Counted from the stretch's first letter, positions 26,099-34,705 are shown. The stretch is 36,007 nt of DNA from Caldilineae bacterium (GCA_011176555.1 DUEF01000006.1:1-36007), one strand, 5' to 3'. Notes: a model not told the origin generated them from the sequence alone. Numbers and translations: made by a program.

Positions 26099-26141
26099 TG
26101 TTGGGCTGACAGCCGATCGTCCGCACTGTTGGTCGTCGCAT

Positions 26142-26158
26142 GCGCGCATTATGCGCGC
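26142..26158. repeat. GC-rich perfect palindrome GCGCGCAT-T-ATGCGCGC just downstream of the enoyl-CoA hydratase stop
   Basis: Read directly. It could form a hairpin on either strand, and no U-tract follows. Confidence 0.5.
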
Positions 26159-26171
26159 GAGCGCGAGCTCT

Positions 26172-26954
26172 CTACTTTCCCTGGAACGCCGGTTTCCGCT
26201 TTTGGAGGAATGCAGCTACGCTCTCCTTGTGGTCGGCGGTCTGCGCAGCGATGTCCTGCACCTGCGCCTCGTATTCGAGAGCGTCGGCCAGTGAGAGCGA
26301 GGCGGCTTTGTTCAGCACGCGCTTGGTCAGGCCGATGCCTTTGGTCGGGCCCAAGGCAAACTGGCGGGCGAGAGCGTGCACGGTCGGGTTCAGATCTGCG
26401 GCCGGGACCACCTGGTTCACCAAGCCCAGGCGCAGCGCTTCTTCAGCGCCCACCTTCTGACCGGTGGCCATGAGCTCGAACGCTTTCGCTGGCCCCACCA
26501 ACTGCTGCAAAAACCAACTCACGCCACTATCTGGGGCCAGGCCGATACCGATAAAGGCGGTGGTCAATGACGCTCGCTCGGAGGCAACTCGCAGGTCGGT
26601 GGCCAGAGCGATGCCCAATCCCGCGCCAGCGGCCACGCCGTTGATCTTGCCAATGACCGGTTTTTCCAGCGCTCGCAACGCCAAAATAACGCGATTATAA
26701 CCCTGTCGCACATGATCCCCGACCGTCAAAGACGCTTCCGCTGTCAGAAATTCCGTCAGATCCTGCCCGGCGCTAAATCCTCGGCCCGCGCCGGTGAGCA
26801 CCACACAGCGCACGGCATCGTCGCTGGCGCATTGTTTGAGCGCCGCCAACAGTTCCCTGGTCATCGTCACCGTAAAGGCGTTGAGCCTGTCCGGACGATG
26901 AAGGGTGATGGTGGCGATGTTGTCGGTGATTTCTGTGAGGATGGTTTTGGGCAT
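26172..26954 (-). CDS. Enoyl-CoA hydratase/isomerase (crotonase) family protein
   Basis: ITLHRPDRLNAF...VVLTGAGRGFSAGQDL...INGVAAGAGLGIALATDLRVA is the crotonase fold. ATG at 26954 (MPKTILTEI) is preferred to the ORF-track start at 27035, which lies in a repeat. Confidence 0.85.
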   Translation of the reverse strand: MPKTILTEITDNIATITLHRPDRLNAFTVTMTRELLAALKQCASDDAVRCVVLTGAGRGFSAGQDLTEFLTAEASLTVGDHVRQGYNRVILALRALEKPVIGKINGVAAGAGLGIALATDLRVASERASLTTAFIGIGLAPDSGVSWFLQQLVGPAKAFELMATGQKVGAEEALRLGLVNQVVPAADLNPTVHALARQFALGPTKGIGLTKRVLNKAASLSLADALEYEAQVQDIAAQTADHKESVAAFLQKRKPAFQGK

Positions 26955-26965
26955 GATGTTCGGGG

Positions 26966-27035
26966 GGATATTGGATATTGGGTATTGGCGGTGACGTGAA
27001 TACCCAGTATCAATATCTAATACCCAGATATCCAA
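26966..27035. repeat. Heptanucleotide repeat block arranged as an imperfect inverted repeat
   Basis: GGATATT GGATATT GGGTATT (26966-86) faces AATACCC..AATATC..AATACCC AGATATCC (26999-27033). GGGTATT/AATACCC pair across a 12-nt loop. Confidence 0.65.
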
Positions 27036-27680
27036 TCACTTCCTGCCATTCAGTTGAAAAAACTGCTCGGCCACCTCAATCATCTGCTCCTGTGTGGCCA
27101 GCATACGCCAATCTTTGACTGTGCTGATGGAGGTGTCGGCGACGCCTTTGACCGGTCGCACCCAGCTCATGATGTAACCGGTGATGGCGGCTTCGTCGTC
27201 GGAAAGTAGCAACATGCTAAGATCGGCGTCGTAGCTGTGATAGGTGCGCAATAGCCATACGGGTTTGACATGAGGATGTTCGGGCAGAGACCAGATGGCG
27301 TCGAACGCCGCGCGGTCATAGCCGGGCGTCAACACGATGCGAACCGTGGCGGCGAACAGGCCGCGATTCCCGGCGGCGGCAATGGGGATGTCCATCAGAT
27401 GTGCGATGTGCGCCATGCCGCCAAAGGAGAGGGCGGCGCGGGTGCCGATCACGCCGAGAGCGTCGCGCACAACATCAATCAAAAAATCATCCAGCCGGTG
27501 CAACTCCGAAACCAGGCAGACAATTCGCAAATCGGCGCGAGCGCGCAGCCAATTGACCCACAAGGGCGTCACACAGGGGCCATCGTAGTTTTGCAGGCGT
27601 TCCAACACTTCCTCGCGCGCGATTTCGTCTTGGCCGCTGCGTATGTTGGCATCGATAATGGCGATGGTGCCATTGCTCAT
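27036..27680 (-). CDS. Hypothetical protein with two Lrp/AsnC-ligand-binding (RAM)-like half-domains, no HTH
   Basis: Two segments, RIVCLVSELHRLDDFLIDVVRDALGVIGTRAALSF and YDADLSMLLLSDDEAAITGYIMSWVRPVKGVADTSISTV, resemble RAM/AsnC_trans_reg repeats. GAGAGGA SD lies upstream. Confidence 0.45.
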   Translation of the reverse strand: MSNGTIAIIDANIRSGQDEIAREEVLERLQNYDGPCVTPLWVNWLRARADLRIVCLVSELHRLDDFLIDVVRDALGVIGTRAALSFGGMAHIAHLMDIPIAAAGNRGLFAATVRIVLTPGYDRAAFDAIWSLPEHPHVKPVWLLRTYHSYDADLSMLLLSDDEAAITGYIMSWVRPVKGVADTSISTVKDWRMLATQEQMIEVAEQFFQLNGRK

Positions 27681-27753
27681 TGGTCAATTCCTCTCAGTTG
27701 GTGTGTGTGCGGAAAGTTGTGAGAAGGTTGCGATCTGAAACGATGTCCAGCAA

Positions 27754-28011
27754 TCAGTCGGCGCCTGAGTCGTACGGGATGTCGACTGGCAACGCATCGA
27801 TCACCTGATAAGATTCGATCTCGTCAAGGCCGTCGTCGTCCAACGGCGCTTGCAAGGTGTATTCCGCCTCGATTACGTCTGCATCCGCCCGGCGGCGGTG
27901 GGTGGTGATCTTGATGCTGTTACGCAACAGCAAAACCAGCGCCGCCAGACCAAAGATGACGATGAGGAAGGAAAGGCAGATGAAGAAAAGGATGGCGGTA
28001 ATCGGATTCAT
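27754..28011 (-). CDS. Small single-pass membrane protein with acidic C-terminal tail
   Basis: 85 aa with TM ITAILFFICLSFLIVIFGLAALVLLL, then RRRADAD and an Asp/Glu-rich tail. Its GGGAG SD lies inside the last codons of the upstream ATPase gene, and the start is 6 nt after that stop. Confidence 0.5.
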   Translation of the reverse strand: MNPITAILFFICLSFLIVIFGLAALVLLLRNSIKITTHRRRADADVIEAEYTLQAPLDDDGLDEIESYQVIDALPVDIPYDSGAD

Positions 28012-28017
28012 CGGGGG

Positions 28018-30564
28018 CTACTCCCAGGCCGGAACGCGATCATGCGTGAGGCGACCGCGTGCTGATTCATAGCCGATCTCCCAGTAGGGCAGCCAGGCCA
28101 ACGCCACCAAATCTACATCGATGTCAGCGCGGCGGGGTTTGACGAAGTAAGGCTCGATATGATCCAGGGTGTCGGCCCACTCCTCGGTGATTTGCTCCGC
28201 CTCCTGGGCGATGGTCTGCTGCACCTCTTCCATTTCTTCCTGAAGACGGGCGATTTCCTGCTTGGATTCTTCGATGTCGGCTTTGGCCCTTGCGGTCATG
28301 CGGCGTTTGGTGGCGGCGGTGGATAAGGATCGTTTCCGTCCGAAGATGCCAAACAAACCGGCCACGGTCTCTGCACCCGACACGATCTCCTCCATCTTGC
28401 GCGCGTCGTAATCGGCTTCATCCTCAGCTAACTCGCGCTCTTCTCGTTCCAACCTCGTTTCCAATTTATCCAATTGCCTGCGATATTTCTTGCGCATTTT
28501 GTCCACTTCATCGTCTCGCTTTTCCCGCGCAGCTTGCTGCATCCGCACTTTGAAATCTCGCTCCGACTCCCCCGGCCTGCTGTACATTTTGAGCACAGGA
28601 TTGTAGAGCAATTGCAAGCGCTGTTCGTGGTAGAGCCAATCGGAGAAATCTTTGGCGTACGATTTGAGCTCGCGCGTGCTGTTCAAGTCTTCCGGCACGA
28701 CGCCGAAAATAGCGTCCTCTTGCGGTCGCCTGTCCAGATCACCGGCATCGAGATCGATGGACGTTGCGTCTTCCCAGCGAATGACCGAACCGAGATCGTT
28801 GGCTTGCACCAATTTGCCGACGGGGAGCGTCTCATTGACCTTGCGGGTGCGGTCCACAAAGCTGGCGCTTCCCAGTGCGATCAGGGCGGGTTCATACACC
28901 AGATTCGTCTCTTTCACGTCCAGACGCTGATCCAATTCGTCTTCCAAGATGGCCAAGGCCCGGTTGGGACTCAAGCGCAGGGGCAGGAAGGTCTGGGGCA
29001 ATTCCGGAGGCAGGGCGGGCGGCGTGTCGCTGTAACCAGGCGGCAGGTCGGGTTCAGGTTCGGCGGCCGGAGGGACGACTGTGGCCGGTTTCACGTCTCG
29101 GGCTACGGCGGGGCGCGGCGTAGCCGCGGGGGCGGCTTCCAGCTCCAATTCGTCTTTGCGCTCCACCATCAGCTTGCGCACCTGGCTGCGGGTGAGCGGT
29201 CCGCGCAGGTAACTCATCGCCCAACGGGTGTTGTAGATGACAGGTTCGTCTTCGTGGACGTTGTGCAACAGAAAAACGCGGGAATCCAGACCCGAGATGA
29301 GGTTATCCAACTCGCGACGGTTCAAAGCGCCGCCTGCCGCAGACGCCGATTCCAGGCCATCCAACACTCGCGCTTTGTCCCGCTCCGTCTGCAATTTGCC
29401 GATGAACCAGGTGCCGGCGTTGCTCAGGCCCTTGTAATCGAGGTCCACCGGATTCTGGGTGGTGAGCATCATGCCCACGCCGAATGCACGCGCCTGTTTC
29501 ATCAGGGTGAGCATCGGTCTTTTCGAGGGGGGATTGGCCGTGGGCGGGAAGAAGCCGAACACTTCATCCATGTAGATGAGCGCTCGCAGGCTGGTGGTGC
29601 CGGATTGCTGGCGCATCCAGATGACGACTTGCTCCAGCAGCAGGGTGACGAAAAACATGCGTTCGGCGTCGCCGAGATGGGCGATGTAGAAAATGCTGTG
29701 GCGGGGCTTGCCCGAGGGCGTATGCAACAAACTGGCGATGTCCAGGGGCTGCCCTTCCAGCCATGAGGCGAAACTGGGCGATGCCATGATGTTATTCAGG
29801 AGCATCGCCAATTTGAAGCGCTCTTTTTCGGGATAGAATGTGTCTACATCGAACACGCCCAACTGACGCACGGGGGGATTCTGGATGGCGGTAATCAGTT
29901 TGGCCAGATCGAGATCCTCGCCCCGTCGCCATGCGTATTCGAAGATATTGGAAAGCAGGATGTGTTCCTGGCTTTGCAAGGGATCGGCGTCGATATCCAC
30001 CAAACCCAACAGAGCGCTAACTGTGCCCTGAATTTGTTCTCGCAAGACCTCTTCGTGATCATCCCAATTCAACGCTGGGGCTTTGAGCGAGGACAGGATG
30101 GATACTGGTATGCCTGCATCGGAGCCAGGCGTGTAGATGACGAATTCGGCGCTGTTTTTGAGCATGCGAATGCGTTCTGGCCCCTCACCCCAACCGGCCA
30201 GACCGTTGCGCCAGGTGTCGGCGATCTTGCGGGCATAGTCGGCTACTGACATGCTTTTGCGCCGGGCGTCGTCTACATTCACCCAGGGCTCGAAATCCTC
30301 TGGGCGCAGTTCGGGAAAGGTGAGCAACAGGTTGGTGATGTCACCCTTGGGGTCGATGATGAGGGCCGGCACATTATCGATGGCAGCTTCTTCCAATAGA
30401 TCGATGCACAGGCCGGTTTTCCCTGATCCGGTCATGCCGACGCAGACAGCGTGCGTGGTGAGGTCGCGAGCATCATACATCACCAGATCATCGGTGATCT
30501 CGCCCGCTTTGAGATCGTATTCTTTGCCCAGATAAAAGGCGCCGAGTTTTTCAATGGGTTGCAT
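28018..30564 (-). CDS. HerA/FtsK-like P-loop ATPase (DUF87-like) with Pro-rich linker and long C-terminal coiled coil
   Basis: LTTHAVCVGMTGSGKTGLCIDLLEE (Walker A after a HerA-like barrel lead-in), LRALIYMDEVFGFFP (Walker B), Pro-rich PPAAEPEPDLPPGYSDTPPALPPELP, and heptad-like KRDDEVDKMRKKYRRQLDKLETRLEREERELAEDEADYDARK. Confidence 0.75.
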   Translation of the reverse strand: MQPIEKLGAFYLGKEYDLKAGEITDDLVMYDARDLTTHAVCVGMTGSGKTGLCIDLLEEAAIDNVPALIIDPKGDITNLLLTFPELRPEDFEPWVNVDDARRKSMSVADYARKIADTWRNGLAGWGEGPERIRMLKNSAEFVIYTPGSDAGIPVSILSSLKAPALNWDDHEEVLREQIQGTVSALLGLVDIDADPLQSQEHILLSNIFEYAWRRGEDLDLAKLITAIQNPPVRQLGVFDVDTFYPEKERFKLAMLLNNIMASPSFASWLEGQPLDIASLLHTPSGKPRHSIFYIAHLGDAERMFFVTLLLEQVVIWMRQQSGTTSLRALIYMDEVFGFFPPTANPPSKRPMLTLMKQARAFGVGMMLTTQNPVDLDYKGLSNAGTWFIGKLQTERDKARVLDGLESASAAGGALNRRELDNLISGLDSRVFLLHNVHEDEPVIYNTRWAMSYLRGPLTRSQVRKLMVERKDELELEAAPAATPRPAVARDVKPATVVPPAAEPEPDLPPGYSDTPPALPPELPQTFLPLRLSPNRALAILEDELDQRLDVKETNLVYEPALIALGSASFVDRTRKVNETLPVGKLVQANDLGSVIRWEDATSIDLDAGDLDRRPQEDAIFGVVPEDLNSTRELKSYAKDFSDWLYHEQRLQLLYNPVLKMYSRPGESERDFKVRMQQAAREKRDDEVDKMRKKYRRQLDKLETRLEREERELAEDEADYDARKMEEIVSGAETVAGLFGIFGRKRSLSTAATKRRMTARAKADIEESKQEIARLQEEMEEVQQTIAQEAEQITEEWADTLDHIEPYFVKPRRADIDVDLVALAWLPYWEIGYESARGRLTHDRVPAWE

Positions 30565-30610
30565 TTTTACATTGCTCCTGCAAATAATTCGAGGTGGCAG
30601 TATCTTCCCT

Positions 30611-30639
30611 TTTATACCAGCAATGGCCCCAGATGAAAA
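30611..30639 (-). promoter_or_regulatory. Candidate promoter for the ATPase operon (TTTTCA-17-TGG TATAAA, extended -10)
   Basis: Read on the minus strand. The -35 is weak and the -10 carries a TGn extension. Confidence 0.25.
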
Positions 30640-30665
30640 ATCCCGCCCTGCACGATCCCGGGATT
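30636..30665 (-). terminator. Second, weaker terminator-like hairpin downstream of ppk2
   Basis: On the minus strand, AATCCCG-13nt-CGGGATT is followed by TTT. Confidence 0.3.
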
Positions 30666-30707
30666 GTTGCGGCTGGGCGACTTTTATTCGGTGCGGATGA
30701 AACCAAC

Positions 30708-30738
30708 AAAAAGAAGCGCGGGAGCATGCCCGCGCTTC
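30708..30738 (-). terminator. Rho-independent terminator of ppk2
   Basis: GAAGCGCGGG (30713-22) pairs perfectly with CCCGCGCTTC (30729-38) across a 6-nt loop. The A-run at 30708-12 gives a U-tail on the minus strand. Confidence 0.75.
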
Positions 30739-30758
30739 AAATGGTTGAGAAAAAAGAA

Positions 30759-31628
30759 TCAGTAAACTTCAGGCACGAAGGTTTGGTAATCCATTGGTGG
30801 GCGAATGTAGTGGATTCTGTCTTCGCGCGGCGGCAGCACGATAGGTTCGGGCGTCAGATCTTCGTACGGAATCAGGCTCAATAGGTGGTTGATTGTGTTC
30901 AACCGGGCCCGTTTCTTATTGTCCGAGTTCACTACGTACCAGGGGGCTTGTTTGATGTCGGTGTAGGCGAACATATCATCTTTTGCCTTGGAATACTCCA
31001 CCCAACGCGCTCGCGATTCCAAATCCATCGGACTGAGCTTCCAGCGCCGCACCGGATCCTTGATGCGGGCCTGGAATCGCCGTTCCTGCTCTTCGTCACT
31101 GACCGAGAACCAGTATTTGATCAGAATAATGCCTGAGCGGACGATCATGCGCTCGAAATAGGGACAGGAACGCAAAAATTCCCAATACTCCTCGTCAGTA
31201 CAAAAACCCATCACGCGTTCGACGCCAGCGCGGTTGTACCAACTACGATCGAAGAGAACCATCTCGCCGGCAGCCGGCAAATGCGCTACATAGCGCTGAA
31301 AATACCACTGTGTTCGTTCGCGTTCGGTGGGCGCAGGCAACGCCACCACGCGTACGATGCGTGGATTCAGGCGTTCGGTGATGCGCTTGATCACGCCCCC
31401 TTTGCCGGCGGCGTCCCGGCCCTCGAAAATCACCACCACCTTGAGTCCCTCATGCTTGATCCATTCCTGCAGCTTGACCAACTCTTCTTGCAACCGCGCC
31501 AATTCCTTTTCGTAAAACTTCTTGCTGATCTTTTTTGGTTTTGCGATCGCGTCATCTGGGGCGACTCCCGTAGTGTTAGGGGTAGCCGGCTTGGGTGCTT
31601 GCGCCTTGGTTTCTTGTTCTTTGGACAT
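30759..31628 (-). CDS. ppk2: Polyphosphate kinase 2 (PPK2) family
   Basis: VVVIFEGRDAAGKGGVIKRITERLNPRIVRVVALPAPTERERTQWYFQRY...LFDRSWYNRAGVERVMGF is canonical PPK2. ATG at 31628 has a perfect AGGAGG 6 nt upstream, so the ORF-track start at 31718 is rejected. Confidence 0.85.
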   Translation of the reverse strand: MSKEQETKAQAPKPATPNTTGVAPDDAIAKPKKISKKFYEKELARLQEELVKLQEWIKHEGLKVVVIFEGRDAAGKGGVIKRITERLNPRIVRVVALPAPTERERTQWYFQRYVAHLPAAGEMVLFDRSWYNRAGVERVMGFCTDEEYWEFLRSCPYFERMIVRSGIILIKYWFSVSDEEQERRFQARIKDPVRRWKLSPMDLESRARWVEYSKAKDDMFAYTDIKQAPWYVVNSDNKKRARLNTINHLLSLIPYEDLTPEPIVLPPREDRIHYIRPPMDYQTFVPEVY

Positions 31629-31714
31629 GGTTACCTCCTGAGAGTGGGGAGCAAATGGAGAAAGCGAACTTATTCCCTGATTTTCCTTGATTGTAAGGGG
31701 CGAAACACGAGTTG

Positions 31715-32365
31715 TCAAGGGTGATTTTGCCCAAATTCCATCCTTTTTTGCGCCAACCTTTCACCTCTTGCCCAGACAGATAGCGCCCGCAGATAATTGA
31801 GTGGACGCAACGCCTCACTCGGCAGTTCCAAGATCGCCAATACGCGCCGAACAACCGCGATCTCAGCGTGTTCCACCGCCACCGTGGTGATGCGCTCGGG
31901 GCGGATGATCTCGGTTAGTTCGATGATGGCCGGATCGTCCTCATCAAGAAGCAGAGAGAAAAGCCTGCGATGCTTCTCCACGAGAAAAATCTGTGCAGGC
32001 GGATGGGCGTTTTGCAGTAATGCCGCCAGTTCGCTGCGTCCGACCGTTGTTTTTTGGTCCCCGGGCAGCTTGACTGCCAACGCTCGCCCTAACCTTTCCA
32101 CGACATCCGAGGCGAGCGGAAATGGATAAATCTCGTCCGCATCTTCCAACCAGCACTCCAAGTCGCCATCAGATTCAATCAAGCGCTTGAATTTAAGATC
32201 GCCCAGGCGTAGTTTGATGTTGACGGAACTGTGCGGAGTCCAGAGATAGGTGTCGATCAGGGAACGGTCAGAGGCGAACAGTGGGTCGAGCGCTTCGATC
32301 CTGGCCCGCAGTTCGGCGCTAATGCGTCCGAATCCTCGCCATTCCCAATGTTGTCCGAATGCCAT
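31715..32365 (-). CDS. Hypothetical protein, possibly CYTH / triphosphate-tunnel-like fold
   Basis: ATG at 32365 lies 3 nt after the GT2 stop. The alternating beta-strand pattern (WEWRGFG, NIKLRLGDLKFKRL, VEKHRRLFSL, IIELTEI, TVAVEH) recalls CYTH, but the EXEXK motif is not canonical. The Arg-rich upstream extension in the ORF track is rejected. Confidence 0.45.
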   Translation of the reverse strand: MAFGQHWEWRGFGRISAELRARIEALDPLFASDRSLIDTYLWTPHSSVNIKLRLGDLKFKRLIESDGDLECWLEDADEIYPFPLASDVVERLGRALAVKLPGDQKTTVGRSELAALLQNAHPPAQIFLVEKHRRLFSLLLDEDDPAIIELTEIIRPERITTVAVEHAEIAVVRRVLAILELPSEALRPLNYLRALSVWARGERLAQKRMEFGQNHP

Positions 32366-32367
32366 GA

Positions 32368-33231
32368 CTAATGCCGTTTGCCTTCTAGCCCAAGTACGCC
32401 GTGCCACACCCCGCGTAACCTGGCCCGCGCTGCTTCGCCGCGCCACGCGCGTAGCGCGTCCACCACGATTTTGGCGTGAGCGGGCAGGGCTTTGAGCCAT
32501 TGGCCGGGGGTCAGATAACGACGGTGGAGCAAAAGGGTGTTGCGGCCCACGTAGTAGCTGGCGATGACGCCGCCGCCCGTGGCGCTGAGATGATGGTAGA
32601 CGCGGGCCTCCGGTGCGAAAACGCTCTTCCAACCGGTTTGCTGCAAACGCCAGGCCAGGTCTACGTCCTCCAGATACATGAACAGGCGTTCATCGAAACC
32701 GCCGACTTGCTTCCAGGCCTCACGCCGATACGCGGCCGCCCCTCCGCACGGCCCGAAGATCTCAATCCGATCATCGTACTGACCCCGGTCGATCTCCCAC
32801 ACCCCGCGGTTCTGCGGCATGAAATCGGGGCCCAGCATGTCTCCGGCCGAGTGGATCGTGTCCCGGCGGTCGAAAAGCAGCATTTTGCTGGCGGCGGAAC
32901 CCGCTTCCGGGTGCTCCTCCAGCGCCTGGCACAGCGCCTCCAGCCATTGCGGTTCGGCCTCGGTGTCGTTGTTCAGCATCACCAACACCTCGGCGTCCGC
33001 CAGTGCCGCGCCGCGATTGCTGGCGATGACAAAGCCGGTGTTCTCGTCCAGGGCCAGCACCCGCACTTCGGGATATTCCTCGGCCAGCATCTCTAGCGAG
33101 CCGTCTGTCGAGCCGTTGTCCACGACGATGACCTCGAAATCGGAATGCGTTTGCAAGCGCAGGCTGTCCAGGCAGACCCGCAGGTGGTCTTTGCCGTTCC
33201 AGTTGGCGATGATGATGGCGGCGGAGAGCAT
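32368..33231 (-). CDS. Family 2 glycosyltransferase (rhamnosyltransferase-like)
   Basis: AIIIANWNGKDHLRVCLDSLRLQTHSDFEVIVVDNGSTDGS...NTGFVIASNRG...LNNDTE...YLEDVDLAWR are GT2 motifs. ATG at 33231 (MLSAAIII) is preferred to the Pro/Arg-rich extension. Confidence 0.8.
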   Translation of the reverse strand: MLSAAIIIANWNGKDHLRVCLDSLRLQTHSDFEVIVVDNGSTDGSLEMLAEEYPEVRVLALDENTGFVIASNRGAALADAEVLVMLNNDTEAEPQWLEALCQALEEHPEAGSAASKMLLFDRRDTIHSAGDMLGPDFMPQNRGVWEIDRGQYDDRIEIFGPCGGAAAYRREAWKQVGGFDERLFMYLEDVDLAWRLQQTGWKSVFAPEARVYHHLSATGGGVIASYYVGRNTLLLHRRYLTPGQWLKALPAHAKIVVDALRAWRGEAARARLRGVWHGVLGLEGKRH

Positions 33232-33245
33232 GAATGAGGGGTGGA

Positions 33246-34088
33246 TCAGGTGGTTTCGCGCTGCGCCCATTCCGCCACGGCCTCCTGCCAGGGGCGGAGT
33301 TGGATGCCGAGGGCCGCAGCGGCGCGGTTGGCGAGCAGGGCGCGCAGGGGCGGTTGGCTGGGGCGGGGCCATTCGGTATGGGGGATGGGGGTGACGGGGA
33401 TGTGTCCGCGGCCGGCCTGGCGCAACACTTCGAGGGCGAATTCGTAGCGGCTGCATGAACCGGCGTTGATGATGTGATAGATGCCGGGAGGAGCTTGTTG
33501 GTCGAGTAAAGCCAGCAGGGCCGGGACCAGATCGGGGGCGTAGGTGGGGTTGCCGAATTCATCATCGACCACGCGTAGCGTCCCGTGTTTGTCCGCGGCC
33601 GCGCAGATTTTGCCGGGAAAGTTGGCGCCGCCGGGTGCGAACAGCCAGGCGATGCGCACGATCAGGACGTTGTCGTGGTAGAAACGCACAGCGTTCTCGC
33701 CCGCCAGTTTGGAGCGGGCGTACACGCTTTCGGCTTTGCGCTGATCCCATTCGTCATAAGGCGTTTCCGCCGTGCCCTCGAAGACCTCGTTGGTGGAGAT
33801 CTGGATCAGGGGGACGCCGAGTTGGTGGCAGGCGCGGGCGATGTTGCCGGCGCCGTGGGCGTTGACGCGGTAAGCCAGGTCGGGATCGGCTTCGGCCGCG
33901 TCCACGTTGGTGAAGGCGGCGGGGTTGATCACGGCGTCGGGGGCCAGGGCCAAAATGGTCGGAATCACGTCGGCGGCGTCGGTGATGTCGTGTTCGGGCA
34001 GGTCGATGCCGACGAGTTCGTGTGCGGTGGGCGTGTGCATAATCGTCCGCCCAAGCTGGCCTTTGTGGCCGATGATCAAAATTTTCAT
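33246..34088 (-). CDS. rfbD: dTDP-4-dehydrorhamnose reductase
   Basis: MKILIIGHKGQLGRTI (Rossmann), YARSKLAGE (YxxxK), FGNPTYAPDL. ATG at 34088 overlaps the pcm stop (ATGA). Confidence 0.85.
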   Translation of the reverse strand: MKILIIGHKGQLGRTIMHTPTAHELVGIDLPEHDITDAADVIPTILALAPDAVINPAAFTNVDAAEADPDLAYRVNAHGAGNIARACHQLGVPLIQISTNEVFEGTAETPYDEWDQRKAESVYARSKLAGENAVRFYHDNVLIVRIAWLFAPGGANFPGKICAAADKHGTLRVVDDEFGNPTYAPDLVPALLALLDQQAPPGIYHIINAGSCSRYEFALEVLRQAGRGHIPVTPIPHTEWPRPSQPPLRALLANRAAAALGIQLRPWQEAVAEWAQRETT

Positions 34089-34705
34089 GCAGATTCCTCT
34101 TCGTCGAATTGCGACACCAACGGCACAAACCGCACCGGAGCCACGCGGCGTTTGCTGATCCCGCCCTCCAGTTTTGTCGCCACCCAGAGCACCTGGTCCC
34201 AACCGCTTGGCCCCACCGGGATCACCAGATTTCCGCCCGCTGCCAGTTGCTCGACCAGAGGCGGGGGCCAGGCCGGCGCCGCGGCGGTGACGATGATGCC
34301 GTCGTAGGGCGCGTGTTCCGGCCATCCCTCCCAGCCGTCGCCCACCCGCAAATGCACGTTATCGTAGCCCAATTTGGCCAACGTTTTCGCCGCCCGCTCC
34401 GATAATTCCGGGATCACCTCGACCGAGTACACCTCTTTCGCTATTTCGGCCAGGATGGCGGTCTGGTAGCCGCAGCCGGTGCCGATCTCCAACACTTTCG
34501 AGTCCGGCGTTAGTTCCAACAATTGCGTCATCAGCGCCACGATGAAGGGCTGGGAGATGGTCTGGCCGTGGCCGATGGGCAGGGGACGGTCATCGTAGGC
34601 GTACTCCTGATAATCGCGCGGGACAAAGCGATGGCGGGGCACGCGCTCAATGGCCGAGAGTACATCCCGGTCGGTGATTTCAGACCAGTGGGGAGGCCAG
34701 GGCAT
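34085..34705 (-). CDS. pcm: Protein-L-isoaspartate O-methyltransferase
   Basis: VPRHRFVP...PLPIGHGQTISQPFIVALMTQLLEL...VLEIGTGCGYQTAILAEI...DGIIVTAAAP are canonical PCMT motifs. Confidence 0.9.
   Translation of the reverse strand: MPWPPHWSEITDRDVLSAIERVPRHRFVPRDYQEYAYDDRPLPIGHGQTISQPFIVALMTQLLELTPDSKVLEIGTGCGYQTAILAEIAKEVYSVEVIPELSERAAKTLAKLGYDNVHLRVGDGWEGWPEHAPYDGIIVTAAAPAWPPPLVEQLAAGGNLVIPVGPSGWDQVLWVATKLEGGISKRRVAPVRFVPLVSQFDEEESA

Noticed and set aside
28474-29766. 430-aa plus-strand ORF antisense to the HerA-like ATPase
   Set aside because: It is a shadow ORF in a GC-rich gene with low-complexity R/G/H/Q-rich translation, and the minus-strand frame carries Walker A/B motifs.
32368-33456. 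Long N-terminal extensions in the ORF track. Affected ORFs: GT2 to 33456, rmlD to 34325, CYTH-like to 32632, PPK2 to 31718 and crotonase to 27035.
   Set aside because: The extensions are Pro/Arg-rich junk that overlaps the upstream gene. Internal ATGs coincide with the family N-termini (MKILIIG, MLSAAIII, MPKTIL) and, for PPK2, with a perfect AGGAGG.
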